Shown piece by piece: positions 13,601 to 24,118 of a stretch of DNA of 64,000 nt (its first letter is position 1; every line of letters begins with the position of its first letter). The position numbers were made by a program, and so were the translations under genes. The notes beneath the pieces were generated by a model. That model saw only the letters and a list, made by a program, of their open reading frames with translations, had not been told where the DNA came from and searched no databases. Origin of the DNA: Antedon mediterranea (Eukaryota; Animalia; Echinodermata); assembly GCF_964355755.1 (NCBI RefSeq), contig NC_092673.1, positions 29,013,648 to 29,077,647 on the forward strand. Direction: 5' to 3'.

Positions 13601-16600
13601 GAACAAATGTGGTTTTCTACAAACATGGTGCTGGCACTGCATGACCTAGGATTATTAAGAAGCAGGCATAAGGTATTGATGAAGCACACCTTTATTGCTT
13701 CCATAGATATGGATTGAAGGATGGTGTTAAGATTTTTAAGCCATTAGACTAAGTGTGTACTTAATACTTTGTTTCCACTTTAGATTGGGTTAATTGAGCA
13801 GCAGCTAGCTGACTTAACTATGTTTGAGATGCAGAAGGCAGCAGCCAGGGCAGACACTGAGCAGGCAGTCTTGGAGCAGAAGAGGCTAGATTTGACATGC
13901 TTATTGAAACAACTGATGCTAGAGAGAGAGAACAGAGAGTTTGAACTTAAGAAGAGATTAGTACGTACCATAAATACATAGATACAGTAGTTAAATGGAG
14001 GAATATGCAAATATATAATTTGAATACAAACAAATAAATATATGTATATATATCAAAAATAAAACTTGTAATACTTCATAGTATTTACTAAACGACAAAT
14101 ATTATGTTTGTACTTTTCACCTGGTAATAGTGTGTTAGCCCTGCTAGCATATGAAACACATTTGTCGCTATGAAGTAACCAATTTTTTATTGTTGAGTTA
14201 TGTCTAGCTCTACCAATGGTATCGAGCACAGTAAACAGACGATCAAGTTACCTCTTACTTGTAAAAATATATATAAATATTATTTTTGATCATGAAATTG
14301 CTTAAAAGTCGTCTTTTAAAGTTTGTTGATACATTGACAGTTACGAAAATATGATTAAAATTTACATATGGATAACCTGTACAGTATTAGTTTAAAAGAA
14401 ATAATCATTAAATTCCATCTTTCAAAAGAAATAATTTTACTTTTATTTGTAGGAGGAAATGGAAAAAAGACGCGAAGATGATGAACAAGATTACTGGTTA
14501 ATTCAGTTCCAACGACTCCTTGATCGTAAACCACAGTCACTCATCAACTTGGTTAGTTGATTTTATTAAACTATAGTCGCACAATACATATAATGTTGTA
14601 ACATTAAAACAATAAAATCATGAGTACAACAGTAAATTAAATGAATATCCCAAAATGTTGTGAGGCCTAGAACATGAAAAAACAAATTGCATATTTTTAT
14701 TTCATACCCATCCAACAGCGAGTAACTCACCAATTACAGGATGGATAAACTATTTATTAATTTATTGTGCTTATAATCTAAGTCTCATTTGAGGCTTAGG
14801 AAGTGGTGAGTTAAAGGAAAGGAACACCCTGGGCTAAATTTGCCACTGTGCTTATAGATAAATGTAATAAAAACATGATTACAATGGTTCAAGGTACAAT
14901 AGTAAGCAATTTAGTTAAAAAATAGACTTTTAAACGACAACATATCTGAAATTGAACAGCGCCATTTTGACAGGTTAAGAGCAATTATGTGACGTCAGAT
15001 TAGGTGGACGCATTCAAGCAAATCCAAGCGCCCATCGTCATAGTACAGTATTTCAATATGGAAGTGCGGGATAACCATAAATAAAATCAATTAAATAGCC
15101 TAACATACCTAATATTTTCGGAATATGGCTTGGAGTTTTTATAATTCAGAAAATTTGGAACCAGAATATACAGAAAGAGAGTTAGTTTTGCATCGTGCTG
15201 ATGAGGAAAAAAGAAGAGAAGAAGAACATTCTCGAGCATAACAAGCCGTCGAAGAATGGTGTACTTTCGGCCAGTGTATCGTATGCCTTACTAGGCCTAG
15301 AACTCCTGTTGAACGAAAATAAAGTAGACACTGCATCGTCAACCAACAGCCTCCGTTTGGAAGGTTTGCCAGTTAATTCCCCTACCAAATCCCGTTTGAA
15401 ACAGCTAGGCAATAAAAGTAACAATAGATTAACAATAGCTGAAAGATTTACGAATTGGCTTGCAGAAGAAAAGATCGATCGAAGGTTTGTTTACCAAGCC
15501 AGCGCATGCTCAGACCGTGTCATCGCCGTCCTGCATGACCACATGTCGCGTTATTAGCCAATCATATTAGCGGATTCGCTTAGCCAATAGAAGCGCTGAA
15601 TGCAACCGCGAATCTTAAAATTTTCGTCGGCCGTATCTGACGTCACAAACAGGCTGCCATGAGCACAAGATGGCGATTTTCAAATGTCTTGAAAACAGCT
15701 TTAAAATCCTGTTTACTAGAAAACTACAAATCCGATTTAAACATAAATTGTGCTGAATATTAAGTTGGTAGGTTTACTTTTATAATAGTTAGGTAAGATA
15801 TTAGGGTGTTCCTTTCCTTTAAAAGAGTCGTGAGTTACAACCCTTTGTTTTGTTGAATCAGGAAAGTAACTTGGAGTATGCCGTGGAAAATATCTTAAAC
15901 ATATCGGCTGCTACTATATATATCCCAATGTTTGCCAGGAACCATGTCTCAATTGAGAGCTTACTGCAGATGGACGATGAATCTCTTAAAACAGTAAGTC
16001 ACCATCCATTTCATTTATCATTTTCATCATAATGATTGTGAGGTTGAAATTTAAATAGATTTTTGGTTGGTAAATGTTGCAATACTTGTCAAGGAGACCA
16101 TGCATGCATAATAATCATTTTGTAAAAGGACAAGGCAACATAATATGTTATATCCACCAGCTGTTTAGAACAAAGGTTAGTTGTTAGACAGTCAGTGTGT
16201 TTGATGTGATATGTGTCCATGGCTCAAGTCTTGCTCAATGCATTTGGTTATGTGTGTGAAGATTAACAGCCTTTCTCATGACATTCTTGTCACATATCTA
16301 TCTATTACGATTGTTGTTAATGTTTAAGAAAAAGGGAGATGTCACATATCTATCTATATCCAATATATGTGTGTATGACGTCACAGTCAGGAGTTCCCAG
16401 AATGCTTTGGAATAAAGTTACACTCTCTCTCATTGATCTCATATAGTCGTCTGTCATTTTATTTCTTGCAACTAATAATTGCAATATATACGTTTAACAA
16501 CGTCACAATTCTACCTTTATGTACCTTTATTATTAGATTGGCGTAAGAGAACCTCATCTTCGTAAAGCCATCCTATTGGCTATCGATGACTATGCGGCCG

Positions 16601-17022
16601 AGCAAGCTACTTCCGAGAAGAAAACCAAAGAAATTGAAGGAGCATCAGCTATGCCATCCGCACCACCTGAAGAGATTGAATCGGCTGCTGGCGCCCTCGC
16701 TCCGTCGGAAGTCACAGTTCATATCAACACTGAATGCGTTGTGTGCTTGGAGAATAACGTGAGTGTTTTGGAATTTGAATTTTTTTTTTTTTTTAGAAAA
16801 GCCAATAATCAGTATTTAATTTAGAACAAAAGTGTACATTGTATATTTAATTGAAGTTGGAACTTTTAATAATAATAATAATTTTGATTTGTTATTTTTT
16901 AGTCTAACATACTTTTCCTGAACTGTGGACATGTGTGCTGCTGTTTTACATGTTCAGGGCCCATCAACCTGTGTCCATTATGCAGACGACCAATAGAGAC
17001 AAAGATCAAACTGAACAGATAA
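1648..17022 (+). CDS. LRSAM1: E3 ubiquitin ligase LRSAM1 (LRR, coiled coil, SAM, PSAP, RING); 19 coding exons, 719 aa
   Basis: GT-AG exons 1648-1713, 1972-2025, 2152-2196, 2631-2705, 2949-3102, 3589-3713, 4228-4318, 7231-7388, 9526-9648, 10381-10468, 10872-10923, 11265-11309, 12054-12224, 12693-12855, 13784-13960, 14453-14551, 15862-15993, 16537-16758 and 16903-17022 join in phase (2160 nt). Motifs: N-terminus MPFLRKKQSHEGKKKMEHKMYLA, LRRs, DYWLIQFQRLLDRKP, PSAPP and RING ECVVCLE..CGHVCCC..C..CPLCR. A likely non-coding first exon ends at the donor at 1038. Confidence 0.95.
2255..2546 (-). mobile_element. tRNA-headed SINE with Deu/Nin-like central domain (degenerate copy)
   Basis: The reverse complement matches the copies at 3219-3545 and 49205-49480. 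Confidence 0.65.
3219..3545 (+). mobile_element. tRNA-headed SINE with Deu/Nin-like central domain
   Basis: Degenerate box A and box B head (gagtggccaaacagttaag...gtttcaagg), core GGATAAGGACTA.AAACC...TACATCTTT..AGGGGGTTACCCCGG resembling the Deu/Nin SINE domain as recalled, and an A-rich tail. Three copies are in the window. Confidence 0.7.
4639..7113. mobile_element. Non-autonomous DNA transposon with CAGGGCTGC termini and 5-bp TSD CATAT, nested inside a family-A MITE
   Basis: CAGGGCTGC at 4639 and GCAGCCCTG ending at 7113, with CATAT at 4634-4638 and 7114-7118. Removing the element rejoins MITE halves 4602-4638 and 7119-7171. Confidence 0.7.
5890..6463 (+). mobile_element. L2-clade LINE 3' fragment (ORF2 C-terminus, 3' UTR, (TTA)n tail)
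   Basis: ORF 5863-6387 contains RLQRLQNMAARIV, HITPVLMDLHWLPVQQRIKYK and F..AA..VWNSLP, followed by GGCGCTATATAA and a TTA tail. Confidence 0.9.
8216..8339. mobile_element. MITE family A (TIR AGCTCTGTCTACACTATC, TSD TAA/TTA; PIF/Harbinger-like), representative copy
   Basis: TAA on both sides. Other full or partial copies lie near 4602/7171, 7870-8023, 9428-9507, 12885-13029, 17839-17979, 19518-19643, 27449-27582, 29757-29815, 45886-45993, 47659-47746, 51758-51856, 57965-58078, 58447-58607 and 62403-62545. Confidence 0.85.
8372..8993. mobile_element. Kolobok-like non-autonomous DNA transposon
   Basis: TTAA at 8368-8371 and 8994-8997. Imperfect TIRs AGCCCCATTCCCTAC and AGACCCCTTCCCTGC start with purines, and the interior is richer in CpG than the host intron. 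Confidence 0.7.
12166..12592 (+). repeat. 7 x 61-bp tandem repeat of the 3' end of LRSAM1 exon 13 plus the GT donor
   Basis: Unit AAGTTACGAATSGCTTATGAAAGAAATAAAGAAGAYATTATGAGGAAGGCTCAGTCAAGGT starts at 12166, 12227, 12288, 12349, 12410, 12471 and 12532. Confidence 0.97.
14815..15818 (+). mobile_element. Kolobok-like DNA transposon (1004 bp) with a decayed KolX-like ORF remnant
   Basis: Perfect 16-bp TIR AGGAAAGGAACACCCT and TSD TTAA (14811-14814 and 15819-15822). The frame from 15125 reads ...LEPEYTERE...*..EEWCTFGQC. Confidence 0.85.
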
Positions 17023-17330
17023 TTATCCATGTTCAGGGCCCATCAACTTGTGTCTATTATGCAGACCACCAATAGAGACAAAGATCAAACTTAACAGATA
17101 ATTATCAGGCTTATCAATTTGTTTTCTTAAAGCAGACAACCAATAGACCCAAAGATCAAATTGAACAGATAGAATTTTCAGGGAATGAAACTATAAAATC
17201 ATCCATGTTTAGGGCCCATCAATTTGTGTCCATCAAGCAGACAACCAATAGAGACAAAGATCAAACTGAATAGAAAAAATGTACATGTTCAGGGCATGAA
17301 ACTATAATTATCCATGTTCAGAGCACATCA
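16949..17330 (+). repeat. Degenerate ~79-bp tandem copies of the LRSAM1 RING C-terminus and stop codon in the 3' UTR
   Basis: CATGTTCAGGGCCCATCAA...ACCAATAGAGACAAAGATCAAACTGAACAGATA recurs at about 16949, 17028, 17107 (degenerate), 17203 and partially at 17284. Confidence 0.9.
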
Positions 17331-18752
17331 AGCAACGTTATACATCTGACCTACAAAGGTCAAACAGGAAATGTCATGGCTATGCATCTGAAACACAATG
17401 GTGAAATCGATCAACTTATGATGTCACACCTTTCAATGGTTGTAGCTGCTGTCGACTACCATATACTTGACAAAGTACCCCAATAAAAAACTCTCTAACA
17501 ATCAGATACTGGAAAACTGGACATATTAGGCCATCAGCTTGTATGTAGTTGCATTATTATTATATATTATTAAAGTAGAACCACGTCTCCTCTGGGACAC
17601 ATCTATTAAGGGGACGCCTCTATTAAGAGCAATATATGTTTTGTAATTGTAGTTTTGCGTCAGGGAGTTGAGTAATTAGATGTTTTGCCCTACTCTGACG
17701 TAATTTGTACTTTATACTAAGTACATTTGAGAATACTTGCGAAAAAATTAATATATGTTTTAACACTATACAGCCAACCCTTTCTTGAAACAGTTTAAAG
17801 AAAGAATGTCAGGAAAACTGTCGCATTACGATTGTTAAACTCTGTCTAAACTATCAAACTTTATGTGACAAAAAATGTGATGTGGCCATATATGGACATA
17901 ATGATGGCATATACAGGTACTACCATATTTGGGCACATCACACTTCACAAACAACATAGTTTAATAGTGTAGACAGCTTTAGATTGATAAAACTTGCTAA
18001 TTTCTTGCAAATTTTTGGTATTTTCAATATTTATAACATATATGACACTTGTGTTACTAATTATCTTTGAAGTTTTATAATGAAAATTTGTAATTGATTT
18101 CAGTAAATATAATGTAAATATGATATATATCCAGGTAAATGATGTGTCATTGTAAGATATACTGATTGGAATGAATTCAATTTCTCTTATTTGTACATAC
18201 TGCTACTGGTATTTGATATTCATGCATACCTTTGTGAAATAAATGAAATTGTAAAAATAAAAAGTAATTAAAATAAAGCAATTGGTAAAAATAAAAGGTA
18301 TTTAAAATAAAACAACGGTAAAAATAAAAGGTATTTAAAATAAAACAATTTGTAGGTTGTTTATCAATTGTAAGACTACAAAATACAATCAATTGATCAT
18401 TATGCTTGAATTGTCTTTTCCAAAAAGCAAATAATTATCACAAATTTTGAATTTAAAATAATTATTATGCAAATCCCAATTTGGACTGTTAGATTAAATA
18501 TTGGTATTTGTTATAAAAGTGACCCATTAATTAAATAATGTAACTTGTTGGATTTTGTACTGCATATCAGTATTCAGCCAGATAGGTTTTTTTTAGTTAT
18601 ATATCAATTTTATAGCATCTATTGTGTGTACAGTGTTTGTAAATATTTACATTTTTAACATGTATATTTGTCTAATATAGAAAGTGTTTATGCTAAATTA
18701 TATATTATTTAAATTCACTGAAAGAATGCTGTATTTTTTAAAATTTACAATT

Positions 18753-19160
18753 TCTCCTGTAATATTCTAATTTACTATTCCTCCTGTAATATTCTAATTT
18801 ACTATCCCTCCTGTATATTCTAATTTACTATCCCTCCTGTATATTCTAATTTACTATCCCTCCTGTATATTCTAATTTACTATCCCTCCTGTATATTCCA
18901 ATTTACTATCCTCCCTGTATATTCTAATTTACTATCCCTCCTGTATATTCTAATTTACTATCCCTCCTGTATATTCTAATTTACTATCCTCCCTGTATAT
19001 TCTAATTTACTATCCCTCCTGTATATTCTAATTTACTATTCCTCTTGTAATATTCTAATTTACTATCCCTCCTGTATATTCTAATTTACTATCCCTCCTG
19101 TATATTCTAATTTACTATCCCTCCTGTATATTCTAATTTACTATCCCTCCTGTATATTCT
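18753..19160. repeat. Minisatellite, 26-27-bp unit, about 15 copies
   Basis: Unit CTCCTGTA(A)TATTCTAATTTACTATCC. Confidence 0.95.
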
Positions 19161-20271
19161 TGCTAATTTGCATTTCCAGGCCAGGTGTTCTGTTCTCTAT
19201 TGTGTTTTGTTCCTTTTGTTTTACTCTCTGCTACCTGTTCAGTTACAGTGTGGTGGTGTACAGTAACACACCTTATCTCATCCTCCACCTTTCTTTTCTT
19301 ATTTCATTGGATTTATTTTACTGGATTTATTTTATTGGATTTATAAAGAAGATCTATGGATTGAAAAGAGGTAACTTAATTTTATAGTTTCCTATTTTGT
19401 TATTAACTTAAACTGTGTATACTGTTTAACAGCAATTGTATCTTTATCAAATTATTCAATAGACCTATTACTAGTAGTTAGTATTACCATAGGCTAAGAA
19501 TGTGTTCTATGGTCTAAAGCTCTGTCTACACTGTCAAAGGTTATGTGCCCATATATAGACATGATGTTGCATATCAATACAATAATATTTGGGCATATCA
19601 CACTTTTTTGTCTCATTACACTTTAATAGTGTAGACAGAGCTTTATAATACCATAGATGTTACCATGGTATTGACAAGGGGATAACATTGCAAAATGATG
19701 TTGTCCAATGTTATCTTTTGCATTGACATTTTCGAATGCAAGCCAGAAAGGGAGTGACTTAAGTTTAGTATTTAAGGTTATGGGTTTCACACGCATTTGA
19801 AATAGCATTTGTGCAGTTTTGTTTCTGAATTGTATTGTGTTAATATTACATTACTACAATATACTTGTAAACATAAGGATTCTCCACTATGAAATTAATT
19901 AAACAAGATACAATGCAACAAGAAGTGTTTGTGCTTTCAATATTATTGTTCTTTATTGTTTATCCAACACAATATACTGTACACTGTATACACCTCCTAA
20001 TGTAGTTTGAGGGACTTCCCCTCCCTGGTACAGTCTTCTATAAAATATTTTTTTTAAAACCACAATTACTTATAAAATATCATTAAAAAAAATTGCAATT
20101 TAACATGACATTGTAGGGTATGCAGAGGTGATATTTATTCAAACCTATATTCTATGAAACTAGAACAAACAACCCCATCCCTTGCTTTTCAGAGATGCCT
20201 GAATTCAGATATATAAAAATCTGACTCTTTGCCCAAATTAGAAGGTTACAATTTTGTTTCCAATTTGTTTA

Positions 20272-20385
20272 TTGTGCTTATAAACTAAAAAGAGTCACGA
20301 GTTACAACCCTGGCACTAGGTCTATGATTGAACCCCGGACTTTGGATTGGAAAGCAAGCACGCTAACCACCAAGCCACCATTGAC
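20272..20385 (-). mobile_element. tRNA-derived SINE fragment (second family)
   Basis: The minus strand reads GGTGGCTTGGTGGTTAGCGTGCTTGC...GGGGTTCAATC (box A and box B). The body AAGAGTCACGAGTTACAACCCT also flanks the Kolobok-like insertion at 14765-15844, and there are related pieces near 13135 and 51690. Confidence 0.55.
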
Positions 20386-21523
20386 AAAAAAAGAGGCATA
20401 ACAGAATATTTCTTGCAGGAAGTGATGCTGCACACATATATGACAAAGTATAATTAATTAAAATTTAGGATACACTGTTACTTAATTAATTTTTAGTTTA
20501 ATCCCAACCCTACTTTTGCACAAATGTTGTACCCAAGCCTCCTGGCTCATACTACTCATACAAGTAAGTACTAATATTATGTATCGAGTGGTTTCGAATT
20601 TCTTCAGTGGCTGTAAATTTATTTATATCATATTATAATATGAAATTATCATACATTATATCATATTATAGATCATTTTTTTATTGGATATATTACATTA
20701 TATCAATTCATCTAGTCTTTTACAACTGCACATCAATAACTTATGTAAGTACTGCGCACACCATTGCCGTCTTTACAATATTTCTTTCACTACAGTACAT
20801 TTTATCAACACACACACAGCATATTTTATACACAACAGTTCCTCTTCTTGACACATTACAACAGTTTAAGACTGAACTTTGACATCAGTTGCAATTATCA
20901 CATGACATTGACAAGTAGCCCATTACAACACTAGATGACAATATTATTGCACGAACATACAAAAACACTTTGGAGAAACTCGCTAGCTTGCTTCCTGTAG
21001 CAGGTACGATATGCACATGGTCTAATACCCTTTTCACATCTGCATCAATTGTTACAACATGTAAGAGCTTGTAACCAGGTTTGATCTCCAGGCTTATTAC
21101 ACGTTTTCTCAGGAGGAAAGAATAGTTGCGCGCTATTTGATTACTATGATTGGTCAATTAATACCAGGGCAATACATGCATGCGCAGTAAGAACTCGGAA
21201 CATCTCAGAAAAAAAAACACAGGTCTCTTGTTGGTATGTTTTTCTCATGAAATTTTCTATAAATTGTCTTTACACTACGCAAACCTGGTTACAAGTTGTT
21301 ACATTTTGCAGATGTGAGTGTTTCTACCAAAAGCATCCATTTTAAAAAAGCATCCATTTTAGTTGAGTTCTGTGTATTATAAATACAAAATAATATTCTA
21401 TGTTTTTATATCATTTTGCAATTTCAGTTTGTCCATATTTTAAATGACATTTTTAATGCTCATTGTTCAAACGTAATTGTTGACTAGCATACCATCATTT
21501 TAACATGTTTTTTGGTATAAATG

Positions 21524-22523
21524 TCAATGTTCATTTGGTTGATGGATGTCATCTTCATGTTCATGTGACTTTTTTCCCTTTTTTTGGTGTTTGCACATTT
21601 TACATTCTTCGTCATCGTCGCTTCCGCTGCTTGACGAGCTCTCATCAAATGTGTGAGGTTTTTCATAGATGCAACAACCTTAAATAGATAATTAATATTA
21701 ATCAATAGAATGCTTTAGCAGTTTTTTTTTACAGTAAGTTTACTGGAATAAATTGACTCCCAACCAGAATTTTAAATTGTGTAAGAAAATATAAGACATG
21801 TCCAATATAGTGGTAGTAGGCCGAGCCATTGAAAATATTAAATAGGAGAAATTGGAGCCTATATCTAGATTTATTTAGTTAAATATGACATTTTGTATTT
21901 ACATCATTCATTCCATGATTAAATACTGTAGGTTTTTTTCTAAGTTGTACTTTTAATAGTACTTTATATGAGGTACTCTTAACATTCTATATTGGCACTC
22001 AATGGCATCTCCCAATTTAAATCTACAAGTTACAAAGGAAGGAAATAGGCCTAGAAACATAAATACTTACATTTCGATTTCTTTTTCCCCATGTTTTCAT
22101 TGTCAACTGTACCTTCTTTCCAATTAACTTTTTTGTCCGACTTTGGTTTTCTTAACTTCAAAGTAACGGATGGCTTTTTGGATAACAAAACAGATAATTT
22201 ATACTTATTTAGCATATATTCAGAATTTATCTAAATTATTCGTTATCTGTAGGCTGTCTCTTTCGTGTGTGTCTTATTGGCATTTATGCAGATCAGAGGG
22301 CCGAAACGACCTCATGTTTTGTATTGGACCACCTTCCATGTGGAGTATTTAATTAAATTTAGGCCTAGGCTAGACTAGGCCTAGGAAGGCCTAGGGCTAG
22401 GCCTAGGCCTAGCTTGGCATAGAGCCTAGCCTAACATAATTATAAAATTCGCGTTTCACGTACTGAAGGCTGTTGTTCTTCTGTTTTAGTTATGGTTTCA
22501 GTAGGTGCTGTCAAACTAGCCAT
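21524..22523 (-). CDS. PPP1R11: Protein phosphatase 1 inhibitor-3 (Ypi1 orthologue), 3 exons, 105 aa
   Basis: Exons 22523-22464, 22173-22071 and 21678-21524 give MASLTAPTETITKTEEQQPS/PSVTLKLRKPKSDKKVNWKEGTVDNENMGKKKSK/CCCIYEKPHTFDESSSSSGSDDDEEC... This includes the RVxF-type KVNW and the VDNE..G.K.SKCCCIY signature. It is absent from the ORF track. The exon 2 acceptor (AAAAAG) is weak. Confidence 0.93.
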
Positions 22524-23629
22524 CTTTTAAAAGCAGACGTTATCCGAAGGAAGAAAAATACAACAACAAACAATGTTGTTTATTTTTGTTAAAAAAAAGT
22601 TGACGCAGCAAATATTTCGATTTATAGATGGCGCTTTACAATTTTCCCCTCCACCCCATCCCATAAAAGGAAATAAATTTGAATATGTGTTCGTGGAATT
22701 TAAATTTTATGAATATTTAAAAAACTTTGCATAAATTAATTAATCTTTATAAAAAATATTTACATCTGCTTAAAAGTACATCATACCTTTTAAATCATAT
22801 CCTTCATATTATAAAAAAAAAAAAGAGAAAAAGGAAACCAAAAGTAAAATATAGTTTCTTCTATAAATTTTATTTTTATCAAAAACAAGGCTCAACAGCA
22901 TTATCTTTTAGGGAAAAACTTGAAATAGCCTAAGCATGGAGCAAATTACTCCATGACCTAAGTATGACTTTTGTTTGTTTTTTTAAAGAAAAGGAAAAAG
23001 ATGACTCTTCTATCTGTATTTTTATGACTTAATCATCTTCTTTCCTGTCTGCCAGATAGACACTTGATTTGTATATTTTTAAATCTTTTATTTAGTAAAA
23101 CATGTAGTGATTTATACTCTAAACATTTTAAAGTAAAATATTGTACATGTATATGCAATCAATTCATTCTAAGTTATTTTGTTCTTTAAAAAAAAAAAAT
23201 AAAAGGCTGATCTTGGCAAGGCGGCCTAATAGTATAACATATCACATATCACTGTGTCTCTGTATGCCCAACTAATTAACATTCAATTTATTCACTGAAT
23301 AATTTATTTATGCAACAGTAATCCATATTTGGCAGGTTCTTTGAACTTATATACTTGCCAAATTGGAAATATATATTTTGCCATTAATACAGTATGATGT
23401 AGAGCAATATTTCAAATATATTTTACACATTAATTAACCCCTTTTTATAATGGAACACATTTTTATTTTTATTTTTTTTTTCTTACAGTAGTTTTAATAT
23501 AGAAAATATATATTATAATAATAAGTTTTACACAAATTCTAAAAATAAGTGCGGCAAAATAAATAAGAAAAAAAACCTTTAAAAGTACAAATACAGTAAA
23601 CAATATAGTACAATAATTGTATGTTTACA

Positions 23630-23630
<1 letters not shown>

Positions 23631-23671
<41 letters not shown>
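23631..23671. repeat. (AAT)n microsatellite
   Basis: About 13 perfect AAT units. Confidence 0.95.
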
Positions 23672-24118
23672 TGTATGTTTACTGGTTCCCACTAGCGATG
23701 TAACACAAGGACATAACGTAACGCAAGTGAATTGACCAATCACAAGCGATGGCTTATTCGCTTGTGATTGCTAACTGTCTATAACTTCGCTTTGCATTGG
23801 TTAAAACACTTGCGTTGCGTTTACGTCCTTGCGTTACGTTCTAGTGGGAACCAAGCTTAAGTGGCTTCCTAAAAAAATAGTTAAAGATATATATATACAC
23901 TTTTTAACATACTTTAAAAGATAGAAAATAGTCTAATCAATATTTTAAAAAATGTATTAATATTCAAACATTGACCTTTGAATAAATACACTGAATGAAC
24001 AAGTTTTATAAAATTAAATGATCACTATTTTCAGTTATTGCTATCATTTTTCTGAGTACTATAGACTCCTCTACTTGAGAATTTCATTCTGTTCTCACTG
24101 GAAGATGTACCACCTGGA

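Noticed and set aside
15195-15557. 120-aa ORF in an LRSAM1 intron
   Set aside because: It lies inside a transposon, has a GTG start and shows no recognisable domain; the meaningful remnant is in another frame.
19160-21157. Several 60-91 aa ORFs between LRSAM1 and PPP1R11
   Set aside because: They are low-complexity AT-rich translations without splice-consistent partners or motifs; the region is probably UTR or intergenic.
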